Position numbers and translations under genes: made by a program. The notes below the pieces were generated by a model, which worked only from the letters and a program-made list of their open reading frames with translations, ran no database searches and was not told where the DNA came from. A DNA stretch of 37,597 bases, taken from positions 1 to 37,597 of the forward strand of contig JBBQFS010000002.1 of NCBI GenBank assembly GCA_038322255.1. The letters are read 5' to 3'. This stretch comes from Candidatus Limnocylindrales bacterium. GTDB taxonomy: Bacteria; Chloroflexota; Limnocylindria; Limnocylindrales; CSP1-4. This document shows positions 30,504 through 37,597 of the stretch, piece after piece; within the stretch, counting starts at the first letter, position 1; each line of letters begins with the position of its first letter.

Positions 30504-32422
30504 GCACGGAGGTTCCGGTCAAGCCCACGCCGCCAACGGAGAAGCAGCTCGAGCGGGTCACGATCCGGTTCGCCGGGGACTCGGGCGATGGCATGCAGCT
30601 CACGGGCAGCCAGTTCACGCGGACGGCCGCCGCGTTCGGCAACGACATCAGCACCTACCCCGACTTCCCGGCCGAGATCCGCGCCCCGGCCGGCTCCCTG
30701 CCGGGTGTCTCCGGCTTCCAGCTGAGCTTCTCGAGCACCGAGATCCACACTCCGGGTGACGCGCCCGACGTCCTCGTCGCGATGAATCCGGCGGCCCTGA
30801 AGGCGAACATCGGCGAGCTCCCGGCCGGCGGCGCGCTGATCGTCAACGAGGACGCGTTCACCGCCCAGAACCTGCAGAAGGTGGCCTACGCCAGCAATCC
30901 TCTGACCGACGGCTCGCTCAAGCAGTGGAACGTCTTCAGCGTCCCGATCTCGACCCTGAACAGCCGGGCGCTCGAAGGCCTCGGCCTGACGAACAAGCAG
31001 GTCGACCTGACCAAGAACTTCTTTGCTCTCGGGCTGATGTTCTGGCTGTACGAGCGCGACATGGCGGCTACGACGGCCTGGATCGATGACAAGTTCTCGA
31101 AGCGGCCCGAGATTGCGGAGGGCAACAAGCGCGCGCTCAAGGCCGGCTACAACTTCGGCGAGACGACCGAGATCTTCCACGAGCGCTACATCGTCCCGCC
31201 GGCCAAGCTGGCCCCGGGCCACTACCGGAACATCACGGGCAACGAGGCGACGGCGCTGGGCTTCGTCGCTGCGGCCCAGCTCGCCGGCCGGGACCTGTTC
31301 TACGGCTCGTACCCGATCACCCCGGCCTCGGACATCCTCCACCAGCTCGCCGGCTACAAGAACTTCGGCGTCAAGACGTTCCAGGCCGAGGACGAGATCG
31401 CAGCGATCGGTGCGGCGATCGGGGCAAGCTACGGCGGCGCGATGGGCATGACCGCCTCATCCGGCCCCGGCATCGCGCTCAAGCAGGAAGCCCTCGGGCT
31501 GGCGGTCATGGTCGAGCTGCCGCTCGTCGTCGTCGACGTCCAGCGCGCCGGCCCGTCCACCGGCATGCCGACCAAGCTCGAGCAGGCGGATCTGCTGCAG
31601 GTCATGTTCGGGCGCAACTCGGATTCCCCTGTCGTTGTCGTCGCGCCGGCGACCCCCGCCGAATGCTTCACCTTCTCGATCGAGGCGTGGCGGCTCGCGC
31701 TCAAGTACATGACCCCCGTGGTCTACATGTCCGACGCGTTCCTCGCGACGGGCGCCGAGCCGTGGCAGATCCCGAGCGTCGAGGACCTGCCCTCGATCGC
31801 GGTCCCTAACCGGACCGAGCGCCAGGGCTTCTACCCCTACCTCCGCGACGAGACGACGCTCGCCCGGCCGTGGGCCGTGCCCGGCACGCCGGGGCTGGAG
31901 CACCGGATCGGTGGCCTCGAGAAGGCCGACATCCTCGGCAACGTCAGCTACGACCCCGACAACCACCACCGGATGCAGCTGCTCCGCCAGGCAAAGATCG
32001 CGGGGATCGCGGCGGACATCCCGCCGCTCGAGGTCCACGGGCCGGCCGACGGCGACCTGCTCGTCCTGGGCTGGGGTTCGACCTACGGCGCGATTCGCAG
32101 CGCGGTCGAGCGCCTCCAGGGCCGGGGCGCGTCCGTCGCGCATGCCCACCTGCGCTACCTCAACCCGCTGCCGGCGAACACCGGCGACGTCCTCCGAGCC
32201 TACCGGCGGGTGCTCGTTCCCGAGGTCAATCTCGGCCAGCTGCTGCTGCTCATCCGGGCACGATTCCTGGTCGACGCGACCGGCTACAACCGGGTCCGCG
32301 GCAAGCCATTCCGGATCGCCGAGCTCGAGGCCGAGGCGGAACGAATCCTCGCGACCCTCCGACCGATGGCTGGCGGGGCGTCGCCTCGGTCGTCAGAGAG
32401 CGGAGGGCAGCTCAGTGGCTGA
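30500..32422 (+). CDS. korA: 2-oxoglutarate/2-oxoacid:ferredoxin oxidoreductase alpha subunit (fused gamma-alpha, actinobacterial KorA type)
   Basis: 640-aa ORF. IRFAGDSGDGMQLTG, FPAEIRAPAG, GSYPITPASDILH, MTASSGPGIALK. Confidence 0.93.
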   Translation: MSTEVPVKPTPPTEKQLERVTIRFAGDSGDGMQLTGSQFTRTAAAFGNDISTYPDFPAEIRAPAGSLPGVSGFQLSFSSTEIHTPGDAPDVLVAMNPAALKANIGELPAGGALIVNEDAFTAQNLQKVAYASNPLTDGSLKQWNVFSVPISTLNSRALEGLGLTNKQVDLTKNFFALGLMFWLYERDMAATTAWIDDKFSKRPEIAEGNKRALKAGYNFGETTEIFHERYIVPPAKLAPGHYRNITGNEATALGFVAAAQLAGRDLFYGSYPITPASDILHQLAGYKNFGVKTFQAEDEIAAIGAAIGASYGGAMGMTASSGPGIALKQEALGLAVMVELPLVVVDVQRAGPSTGMPTKLEQADLLQVMFGRNSDSPVVVVAPATPAECFTFSIEAWRLALKYMTPVVYMSDAFLATGAEPWQIPSVEDLPSIAVPNRTERQGFYPYLRDETTLARPWAVPGTPGLEHRIGGLEKADILGNVSYDPDNHHRMQLLRQAKIAGIAADIPPLEVHGPADGDLLVLGWGSTYGAIRSAVERLQGRGASVAHAHLRYLNPLPANTGDVLRAYRRVLVPEVNLGQLLLLIRARFLVDATGYNRVRGKPFRIAELEAEAERILATLRPMAGGASPRSSESGGQLSG

Positions 32423-33500
32423 GGTTGCCGACCCAATGAACAACGAAACGACCGGTGCGAACGGCGCCGCGGGTGGCGCGGGCACGATCGCCACCGAGCT
32501 GCCGGTGCTCACCCGGAAGGATTTCGTGTCCGACCAGGAGGTGCGCTGGTGCCCGGGCTGCGGTGACTACTCGATCCTGGCGCAGACACAGAAGGTGATG
32601 CCCGACTTCGGCTACCCGAAGGAGAACATCGTCTTCATCTCCGGGATCGGCTGCTCGGGCCGGCTGCCGTACTACATGAACACCTACGGCTTCCACACGA
32701 TCCACGGCCGGGCGCCGGCGATCGCGACCGGGCTCAAGGCCGCTCGGCCGGACCTGATGGTCTGGGTGATCACCGGCGACGGCGATGCCCTGTCGATCGG
32801 CGGGAACCACCTGATCCACTCGCTGCGCCGGAACGTCGACGTCCGGATCATCATGTTCAACAACCGGATCTACGGGCTCACCAAGGGCCAGGCCAGCCCC
32901 ACGTCCGAGCTGGGCAAGATCACGAAGTCGTCGCCCTACGGCACGGTCGACTTCCCGGTCAGCCCGCTGGCCATCGCGCTGGCGGCCGAGGCGAGCTTCA
33001 TCGCCCGCTCGGTCGACACGCACACCGAGCATCTCCAGAAGACGCTCGAGGCCGCTGGGACCCACCACGGCTCGACCTTCGTCGAGGTCCTCCAGAACTG
33101 CAACATTTTCAACGACGGCGCCTTCCGCGACTTCACCGACCGCGAGGTCCGCGAGGACCGGATGCTGATGGTCGAGCACGGCAAGCCCATGATCTTCGGC
33201 AAGGAGCGCAACCAGGGCATCAGGCTCGAGGGCCACCAGCCGACGGTCGTGACAATCGGCGAGGACGGCGTGACCGAGGCCGATCTCCTCGTCCACGACC
33301 AGACCGATCCGCTGATCGCCTTCATGCTCGCCAAGCTGTGGTGGCCCGACTACCCGGTGCCGGTCGGGGTCATCCGCAACATCTCTCGACCGACCCACGA
33401 CCAGATGATCAGCGACCAGATCGCGCAGGCGACCGCGAGCCGCGGTACCGGCGACCTGGACAAGCTGCTCAACGCCGGCGAGACCTGGACCGTCGAGTGA
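32415..33500 (+). CDS. korB: 2-oxoglutarate/2-oxoacid:ferredoxin oxidoreductase beta subunit (TPP-binding)
   Basis: Part of ORF 31911..33500. Start placed at GTG 32415 (GGAGGG 7 nt upstream; alternative ATG 32436). WCPGCGDYSIL, GIGCSGR, ITGDGDALSIGGNH, NNRIYGLTKGQ. Confidence 0.92.
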   Translation: MAEVADPMNNETTGANGAAGGAGTIATELPVLTRKDFVSDQEVRWCPGCGDYSILAQTQKVMPDFGYPKENIVFISGIGCSGRLPYYMNTYGFHTIHGRAPAIATGLKAARPDLMVWVITGDGDALSIGGNHLIHSLRRNVDVRIIMFNNRIYGLTKGQASPTSELGKITKSSPYGTVDFPVSPLAIALAAEASFIARSVDTHTEHLQKTLEAAGTHHGSTFVEVLQNCNIFNDGAFRDFTDREVREDRMLMVEHGKPMIFGKERNQGIRLEGHQPTVVTIGEDGVTEADLLVHDQTDPLIAFMLAKLWWPDYPVPVGVIRNISRPTHDQMISDQIAQATASRGTGDLDKLLNAGETWTVE

Positions 33501-33635
33501 CGTCGCGGTGATCCGGCCCTATCGCGGCGTTGGCCGCTCCGCAGGCTCGCTTACGCACCTTCAGGGTGCGCTCGCGACCCCTGCTCGCGGCCGCCTTGCC
33601 CTAGGACCGGCTGACCGCGCCTTCAGGTCCGCGCC

Positions 33636-34136
33636 GTGATCTGTCCCGTTTGCCGCTTCGGCAACTTTCCGGGCGACGACACTTGTGCCAACTGCGGTGC
33701 CGACCTGTGGAGCGTCGACACGCCGCAGCAGGTCACGACCTTTCGGGGCGCGCTCCTGGGCCTGCACCTCGACGAGCTCGGGGCGCCGGCGCCGCACCTG
33801 ATCGACGCTGGAGCCTCGATCGACGAGGCCATCCAGCAGATGCAGGCCGACGGCGCCGACTGCCTGCTCGTCATCGAGGCGGGTGCCCTCGTGGGCATCT
33901 TCACCGATCGCGACGCGATCCTGAAGGTGGCCGGCCAGCCAACCGACGGCCGGACCATCGCCGACGTCATGACCCACGATCCGGTGATCCTGCGGAGCGG
34001 CGACCCGGTCGCCGTCGCGATCAACAAGATGGCCGTTGGCGGGTTCCGCCATGTCCCGATCGTCAAGGCCGGCGTGCCCGTCGGGGTCGTGTCGGCGCGC
34101 GATGTGTTCCGGCACCTTGCATCCGGCGTTGGCTGA
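33636..34136 (+). CDS. Zinc-ribbon plus CBS-pair domain protein
   Basis: 166-aa ORF, GTG start. N-terminal CPVC...CANC four-Cys ribbon, then two CBS motifs (GIFTDRDAI; FRHVPIVKAGVPVGVVSARDVF). Confidence 0.8.
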   Translation: MICPVCRFGNFPGDDTCANCGADLWSVDTPQQVTTFRGALLGLHLDELGAPAPHLIDAGASIDEAIQQMQADGADCLLVIEAGALVGIFTDRDAILKVAGQPTDGRTIADVMTHDPVILRSGDPVAVAINKMAVGGFRHVPIVKAGVPVGVVSARDVFRHLASGVG

Positions 34137-34533
34137 CGCTGTCCGGGTCGTTCGCGACGTCGTCGTCCTCGCCGACGACCTGATCTGGGGGACACGGCTC
34201 GCCGAGGCCATCACGGCAGCGGGCGCACGTCCGAGGCCGGCTCGCCGGCTGGCGGATCTCGAGCGGCTTCTCGCTAATGATGCTGGGGCGGGCGACGGCG
34301 CCGGCGAGCCCGGAACCGTATTGGCAATCGTCGACCTGACGGCCCGGGCCTACGACGGGATCGAGGCCATCCGCCTCGCGGCCGGCACGGGAGCGAGGGT
34401 CGCCGCGGTCGGGCAGCACGACGATGCGGCACTTCGGCGCGCCGCGATCGCGGCTGGTGCGGAACGTGTCTACACCTACCGAGCGCTCTTCGAGGATGGG
34501 CCGCGGGCCCTGGCCGCGTGGCTCGCCCGGTGA
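34129..34533 (+). CDS. Small receiver (CheY-fold)-like protein, degenerate
   Basis: Part of ORF 34036..34533. Start tentatively TTG 34129, overlapping the CBS stop. VVVLADDLIWGTRL...LAIVDLTA...VAAVGQHDD alternates beta/alpha like a REC domain, but I cannot find the conserved Lys. Confidence 0.45.
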   Translation: MADAVRVVRDVVVLADDLIWGTRLAEAITAAGARPRPARRLADLERLLANDAGAGDGAGEPGTVLAIVDLTARAYDGIEAIRLAAGTGARVAAVGQHDDAALRRAAIAAGAERVYTYRALFEDGPRALAAWLAR

Positions 34534-35705
34534 CCGTCGCGGCCCGGGGCGCGCTCACCAAGGAAGGCGCACTGCTCGAGAACCGGCTCAGCCGCGCCCG
34601 GGCGGGCCTCGGAACCAAGGATGCGGCGGCCCTCCTGATCGGGATCGGCGCCGACCTGCGCTACCTCACCGGCTACGCGGCGCATCCGCTCGAGCGGCTG
34701 ACCATGCTCGTCCTTCCCGCCGAGGGCAGCCCGGCGCTCGTCGCCCCGCGGCTCGAAGCGATGGCTGCCGCGGCGAGCCCGGCGGCGACGGCAGGTCTCG
34801 TCGAGGTCCTGCCCTGGGACGAGAGGGACGATCCGTACGAGCTCGTCGCGTCGCGCCTCACACACGGGACAGTCGTGGGACAGGCCGAGCGGCTCCTCGT
34901 CGACCCGGGGCTGTGGGCGCTCCACATGCTGGCCCTCCAGGGCGCGATGCCGGGCCGATCCTTCGGCCTGGCCACCGAGGTGACCCGCGAGCTTCGGCTG
35001 CACAAGGATCCCTCGGAGATCGACTGCCTGCGACGGGGAGCGCATGCGGCCGATCGGGTGGTCGCGCAGATCGCGGCCGGCAGTCTGGTCGGACGTACCG
35101 AGGCGGACGTCAGTCGCGAGGTTCGCGGACGACTCGTGGCCGAGGGCCACGAAGCGGCGTCGTTCGCAATCGTCGCCTCTGGCCCGAACTCGGCCTCGCC
35201 CCACCACGATGCCGGCGAGCGCATGATCGAGCCCGGCGATCCGATCGTCCTCGACATCGGCGGCACGCTCCAGGGCTACGGCTCGGATATCACCAGGACG
35301 CTGTGGGTCACCGGTGGCGACCCGTCCCGCGGTCCGAGCCCCGAATTCGTCACGGTCTTCGCCCTTGTCCTGCGTGCCCATGACGAGGCGATCGCGGCGG
35401 TTCGGCCGGGCGTCGCCTGCGGCGAGCTCGACGAGATCGGGCGGCGGGTCATTCGCGACGGCGGCTACGGCGACGCGTTCATCCATCGGCTCGGTCACGG
35501 CATCGGCCTCGACGCCCACGAGGAGCCTTATCTCGTCGCAGGCAATACGGAGGCCCTTCGAGAAGGATCCGCGTTCAGCATCGAGCCGGGCATCTATCTC
35601 GCAGGCCGGTTCGGCGTCCGGATCGAGGACATCGTCGTCTGCACCGAGCGCGGGACGGACGTCCTGAACGAGGCGCCGCGCGAGTTGCTGGTGGTCGAAG
35701 GCTAG
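34530..35705 (+). CDS. M24-family Xaa-Pro peptidase (PepP/PepQ-like)
   Basis: ORF 34518..35705. Start placed at GTG 34530, forming a GTGA overlap with the upstream stop (GTG 34518 also possible). Metal ligands in DIGGTLQGYGSDITRT, HRLGHGIGLDAHEEP, FSIEPGIY, VRIEDIV. Confidence 0.9.
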   Translation: MTVAARGALTKEGALLENRLSRARAGLGTKDAAALLIGIGADLRYLTGYAAHPLERLTMLVLPAEGSPALVAPRLEAMAAAASPAATAGLVEVLPWDERDDPYELVASRLTHGTVVGQAERLLVDPGLWALHMLALQGAMPGRSFGLATEVTRELRLHKDPSEIDCLRRGAHAADRVVAQIAAGSLVGRTEADVSREVRGRLVAEGHEAASFAIVASGPNSASPHHDAGERMIEPGDPIVLDIGGTLQGYGSDITRTLWVTGGDPSRGPSPEFVTVFALVLRAHDEAIAAVRPGVACGELDEIGRRVIRDGGYGDAFIHRLGHGIGLDAHEEPYLVAGNTEALREGSAFSIEPGIYLAGRFGVRIEDIVVCTERGTDVLNEAPRELLVVEG

Positions 35706-35823
35706 CCTCCGGCGAAGCGGGGTATCATCCCCGGAACGGGCGCCTGCCCACGCGATCCTGCTTCGTAGGCCCGGTAATGAGCACGACCTTTACGCGGCGC
35801 CTCGGCGTCGCCGAATCCAGCCG

Positions 35824-36726
35824 ATGAGCCGACGCTGCCATCACGGCTCGCCGCGACACGCCCAGCTGGGGCGAATGCCTCGACGCCCATCGACGGTGGA
35901 GCCCGAGCGCCATGCGCGACTCGGCAACGAGGATGCTCCCCGCCTCCCGCTGTCGCGCTCCGAGGTCGTTGCCGACCGCGCGGCGCCGCGGGTCCCGGCG
36001 CAACGGCCCCGCTTACCCGTGCCGCCCCCGGTGCCGCTGCAGGCCAGCCCACCGATGCTTCCACCCGTCCACGAGCAGCCCGCGCCCCTCGCCCAGCCCA
36101 AGCCGCGGGCCGAGCCCGCGCCCCTCGCCCGGCCCAAGTCGACCGCGCAGACCAGCGAGCGCCCGCCACGAGCAGAGCAGTCGATGCCGGCCATCGACGG
36201 AGCTGCCACGCGGTTCGAAGCCGCCAGGGCACCTGTCGCTGCCGCGCCGGCCCCCGCCGCGCCGATCCTTGCTCCGCCGATCGCTGCCGCGCCCCGCGCG
36301 CCGGTGGCCCGTGCCCTGGCGCCTCGACGGCTGGCAGGCCGGCCGCCCGCGGGACCTCCGCCCCATCCAGGCGAGCCCCCCCGAAATCCGTCGATGCCGC
36401 CAGGGGCCCTGCGCACCATGATCGACGGCGAAGACGCGTCCCTCGAGCGCAGCGCGACGGCGCCGCAGCTGCGCCGGTTCATCAAGAGTCGCGCCTACGT
36501 GCCGATGCACGAGCTCCGTCGGCGATTCGCCATCAACGGCGGCGATGACGAGGTGACCCCGGTCGATCTCGAGCGCCGGCGGGTGTTCGTCGGCCTGCCC
36601 GACCGCGAAGGTCGGCTCCTGGGCGAGCTGCTGCGCGCGGGCGACATCGGCTACGAGTTGTCGCTCGATCCGATCAGCCCGATCGTCGTCGGTGTCTACC
36701 CGATGCGCCCGGTGACCCGCACCTGA
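35824..36726 (+). CDS. Pro/Ala-rich protein with a compact conserved-looking C-terminal domain; N-terminal boundary uncertain
   Basis: 300-aa ORF. Third-codon positions are G/C-rich throughout in this frame. The C-terminal ~100 aa (LRRFIKSRAYVPMHELRRRFAINGGDDEVTPVDLERRRVFVGLPDREGRLLGELLRAGDIGYELSLDP) has normal composition. Internal starts (for example MIDGEDASL) are possible. Confidence 0.5.
   Translation: MSRRCHHGSPRHAQLGRMPRRPSTVEPERHARLGNEDAPRLPLSRSEVVADRAAPRVPAQRPRLPVPPPVPLQASPPMLPPVHEQPAPLAQPKPRAEPAPLARPKSTAQTSERPPRAEQSMPAIDGAATRFEAARAPVAAAPAPAAPILAPPIAAAPRAPVARALAPRRLAGRPPAGPPPHPGEPPRNPSMPPGALRTMIDGEDASLERSATAPQLRRFIKSRAYVPMHELRRRFAINGGDDEVTPVDLERRRVFVGLPDREGRLLGELLRAGDIGYELSLDPISPIVVGVYPMRPVTRT
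36077..36138 (+). repeat. Imperfect 36-nt tandem duplication inside the Pro-rich coding region
   Basis: agcccgcgcccctcgcccagcccaag (36077-36102) and agcccgcgcccctcgcccggcccaag (36113-36138), 25 of 26 identical, encoding PAPLAQPK / PAPLARPK. Confidence 0.8.
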
Positions 36727-36774
36727 TCCCAGGCCGCCACGCCGCACGCGGCGCCATGGCGGCCGCGAGCGTCG

Positions 36775-37597
36775 TCAGGCGCGCTGGCCCGCTACGCCCT
36801 TGGGCCGGCGGCGTCGAAGGTCGCGAAGGTCGCGCTGATCGGGTCGCGCCAGCCGGACGTTGTCCGGCGTGGAGGTGCGACCCAAGCGCTCGGTGAGCTT
36901 CGAGTTGATGAGCGTGCTCATCTCGGCCACGTCCATCACCGACTTCAGGGTGGCGCTGGGCACCTCCAGCAGCTCGGTTTCCTCCTCGGCAATCACATTC
37001 GCCGTGCGCGGACTGCCAGTGAGGGCCGCAATCTCGCCGAAGAAGTCGCCGGGACCCATGGCTGCCAGCGATCGATAGCCGTCCGCGTCGGGGACACCCG
37101 CCACGGCCTTTCCGCCGAGGACGAAGAAGGCCGCATCGCCCGGGTCGCCGGCCTTGACGATCGCCTCGCCCGGCGCGGCCTTGGCGACCGTGGCACCCGA
37201 CAGGAAGCCGGCCCGGCGGGCCATCGCCAGGCTGCCGAGCTCCGGCATGAGCCCCAGGAGCCGATCGAAGTCGAGCATCGTGGCGGGCCGGCCGGAACCG
37301 ATCTTGGGAGCCGCCGGGGCGCTGGCGAGGAGCCGCATCGCCCGCCGCCACTCTGCCGCCGGGCGGCCGATGCCAGGCATGAACTGGGCCAGGACCCCGG
37401 CCCCCACGAGCACGAGTGACGCGGCGATGACCAGCTCTCGAACCGGCAGGATGTCGGCCAGGGCGGCGCCGGCCATGCCGATCAGGAACACGACATCCCG
37501 CGCAACGAAGAAGGCCGAGAACACCCGGCCGCGCATCTCGCGCGGGATGTTCTTCTGCAGCAAGCCGCGTCGGGCGATGGCCGCCGGCGAGTTCAGG
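36775..37597 (-). CDS. Membrane transporter C-terminal TM region (MFS-like) fused to a cyclic-nucleotide-binding domain; N-terminus beyond the right window edge
   Basis: ORF 36775..37563 is listed from a TTG, but the frame stays open to 37597 (LNSPAAIARRGLLQKNIPREMRGRVFS...). Two TM helices, then a cNMP cassette (AAFFVLGGKAV...GDFFGEIAALTGSPRTANVIA). Confidence 0.75.
   Translation of the reverse strand, partial: LNSPAAIARRGLLQKNIPREMRGRVFSAFFVARDVVFLIGMAGAALADILPVRELVIAASLVLVGAGVLAQFMPGIGRPAAEWRRAMRLLASAPAAPKIGSGRPATMLDFDRLLGLMPELGSLAMARRAGFLSGATVAKAAPGEAIVKAGDPGDAAFFVLGGKAVAGVPDADGYRSLAAMGPGDFFGEIAALTGSPRTANVIAEEETELLEVPSATLKSVMDVAEMSTLINSKLTERLGRTSTPDNVRLARPDQRDLRDLRRRRPKGVAGQRA

Noticed and set aside
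33501-33635. Short hairpins after korB (cgcacc-ttcag-ggtgcg and a related ccttcagg repeat) as an intrinsic terminator
   Set aside because: The stems are only 4-6 bp and there is no U-tract. That is insufficient in a GC-rich background to call a terminator or riboswitch.
1-37597. Mobile elements, prophage, defence islands, rRNA/ncRNA genes
   Set aside because: I saw no transposase, integrase, recombinase or phage structural motifs in any frame, no terminal inverted repeats and no large compositional island. The only local GC dips are at 17.0-17.7 kb and 23.1-23.3 kb.

Overview
High-GC (roughly 70% by eye), densely coding bacterial chromosomal segment. I found no rRNA, tRNA, CRISPR array, transposase or integrase. 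Gene content suggests an aerobic soil-type Actinomycetota, Chloroflexota or related lineage, but this cannot be proven from the window.

Layout:
(1) 1-8156, minus strand: a respiratory operon, ctaC-ctaD-ctaE, a 61-aa subunit-IV-like peptide, a 6-TM protein ending in a cupredoxin, a TlpA-like thioredoxin, an ABC-2 exporter (ATPase plus permease), and a peptidoglycan-binding protein that runs off the left edge and is missing from the ORF track. ctaG is divergent.
(2) 9360-15141, minus strand: a PLP threonine/serine dehydratase, a DksA/TraR zinc finger and a PotABCD-like ABC importer.
(3) 15286-16464: fdxA and proC.
(4) 16482-24629: a scattered tyrosine-catabolism set (hppD, fahA, hmgA). It is interleaved with a DinB-like protein, a frameshifted ArsR regulator, a cNMP-binding protein, two membrane proteins, a cupin-adenylate cyclase, an internally deleted D-threonine-aldolase-like gene and a small ORF.
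(5) 24669-27567: two tandem ECF sigma / membrane-protein pairs; the second sigma gene is frameshifted.
(6) 27679-29913: a GNAT, an HpcH-family aldolase and a hypothetical protein.
(7) 30003-35705: CBS protein, korA, korB, zinc-ribbon CBS protein, REC-like protein and an M24 peptidase.
(8) 35824 to the right edge: a Pro/Ala-rich protein and a partial MFS-cNMP fusion.

Most interesting: the oxidase operon carries two paralogous type-1 copper domains, one fused to CuA subunit II and one fused to a duplicated subunit-IV-like membrane module, and no cytochrome c domain. Other points: a 13-nt periodic repeat array, two +1 frameshifts in regulators, a perfect 14-bp palindrome over the hmgA ribosome-binding site, a recurrent leaderless promoter geometry, and pervasive GTGA/ATGA start-stop overlaps.

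All family assignments come from motif recognition by eye and need HMM or BLAST confirmation.
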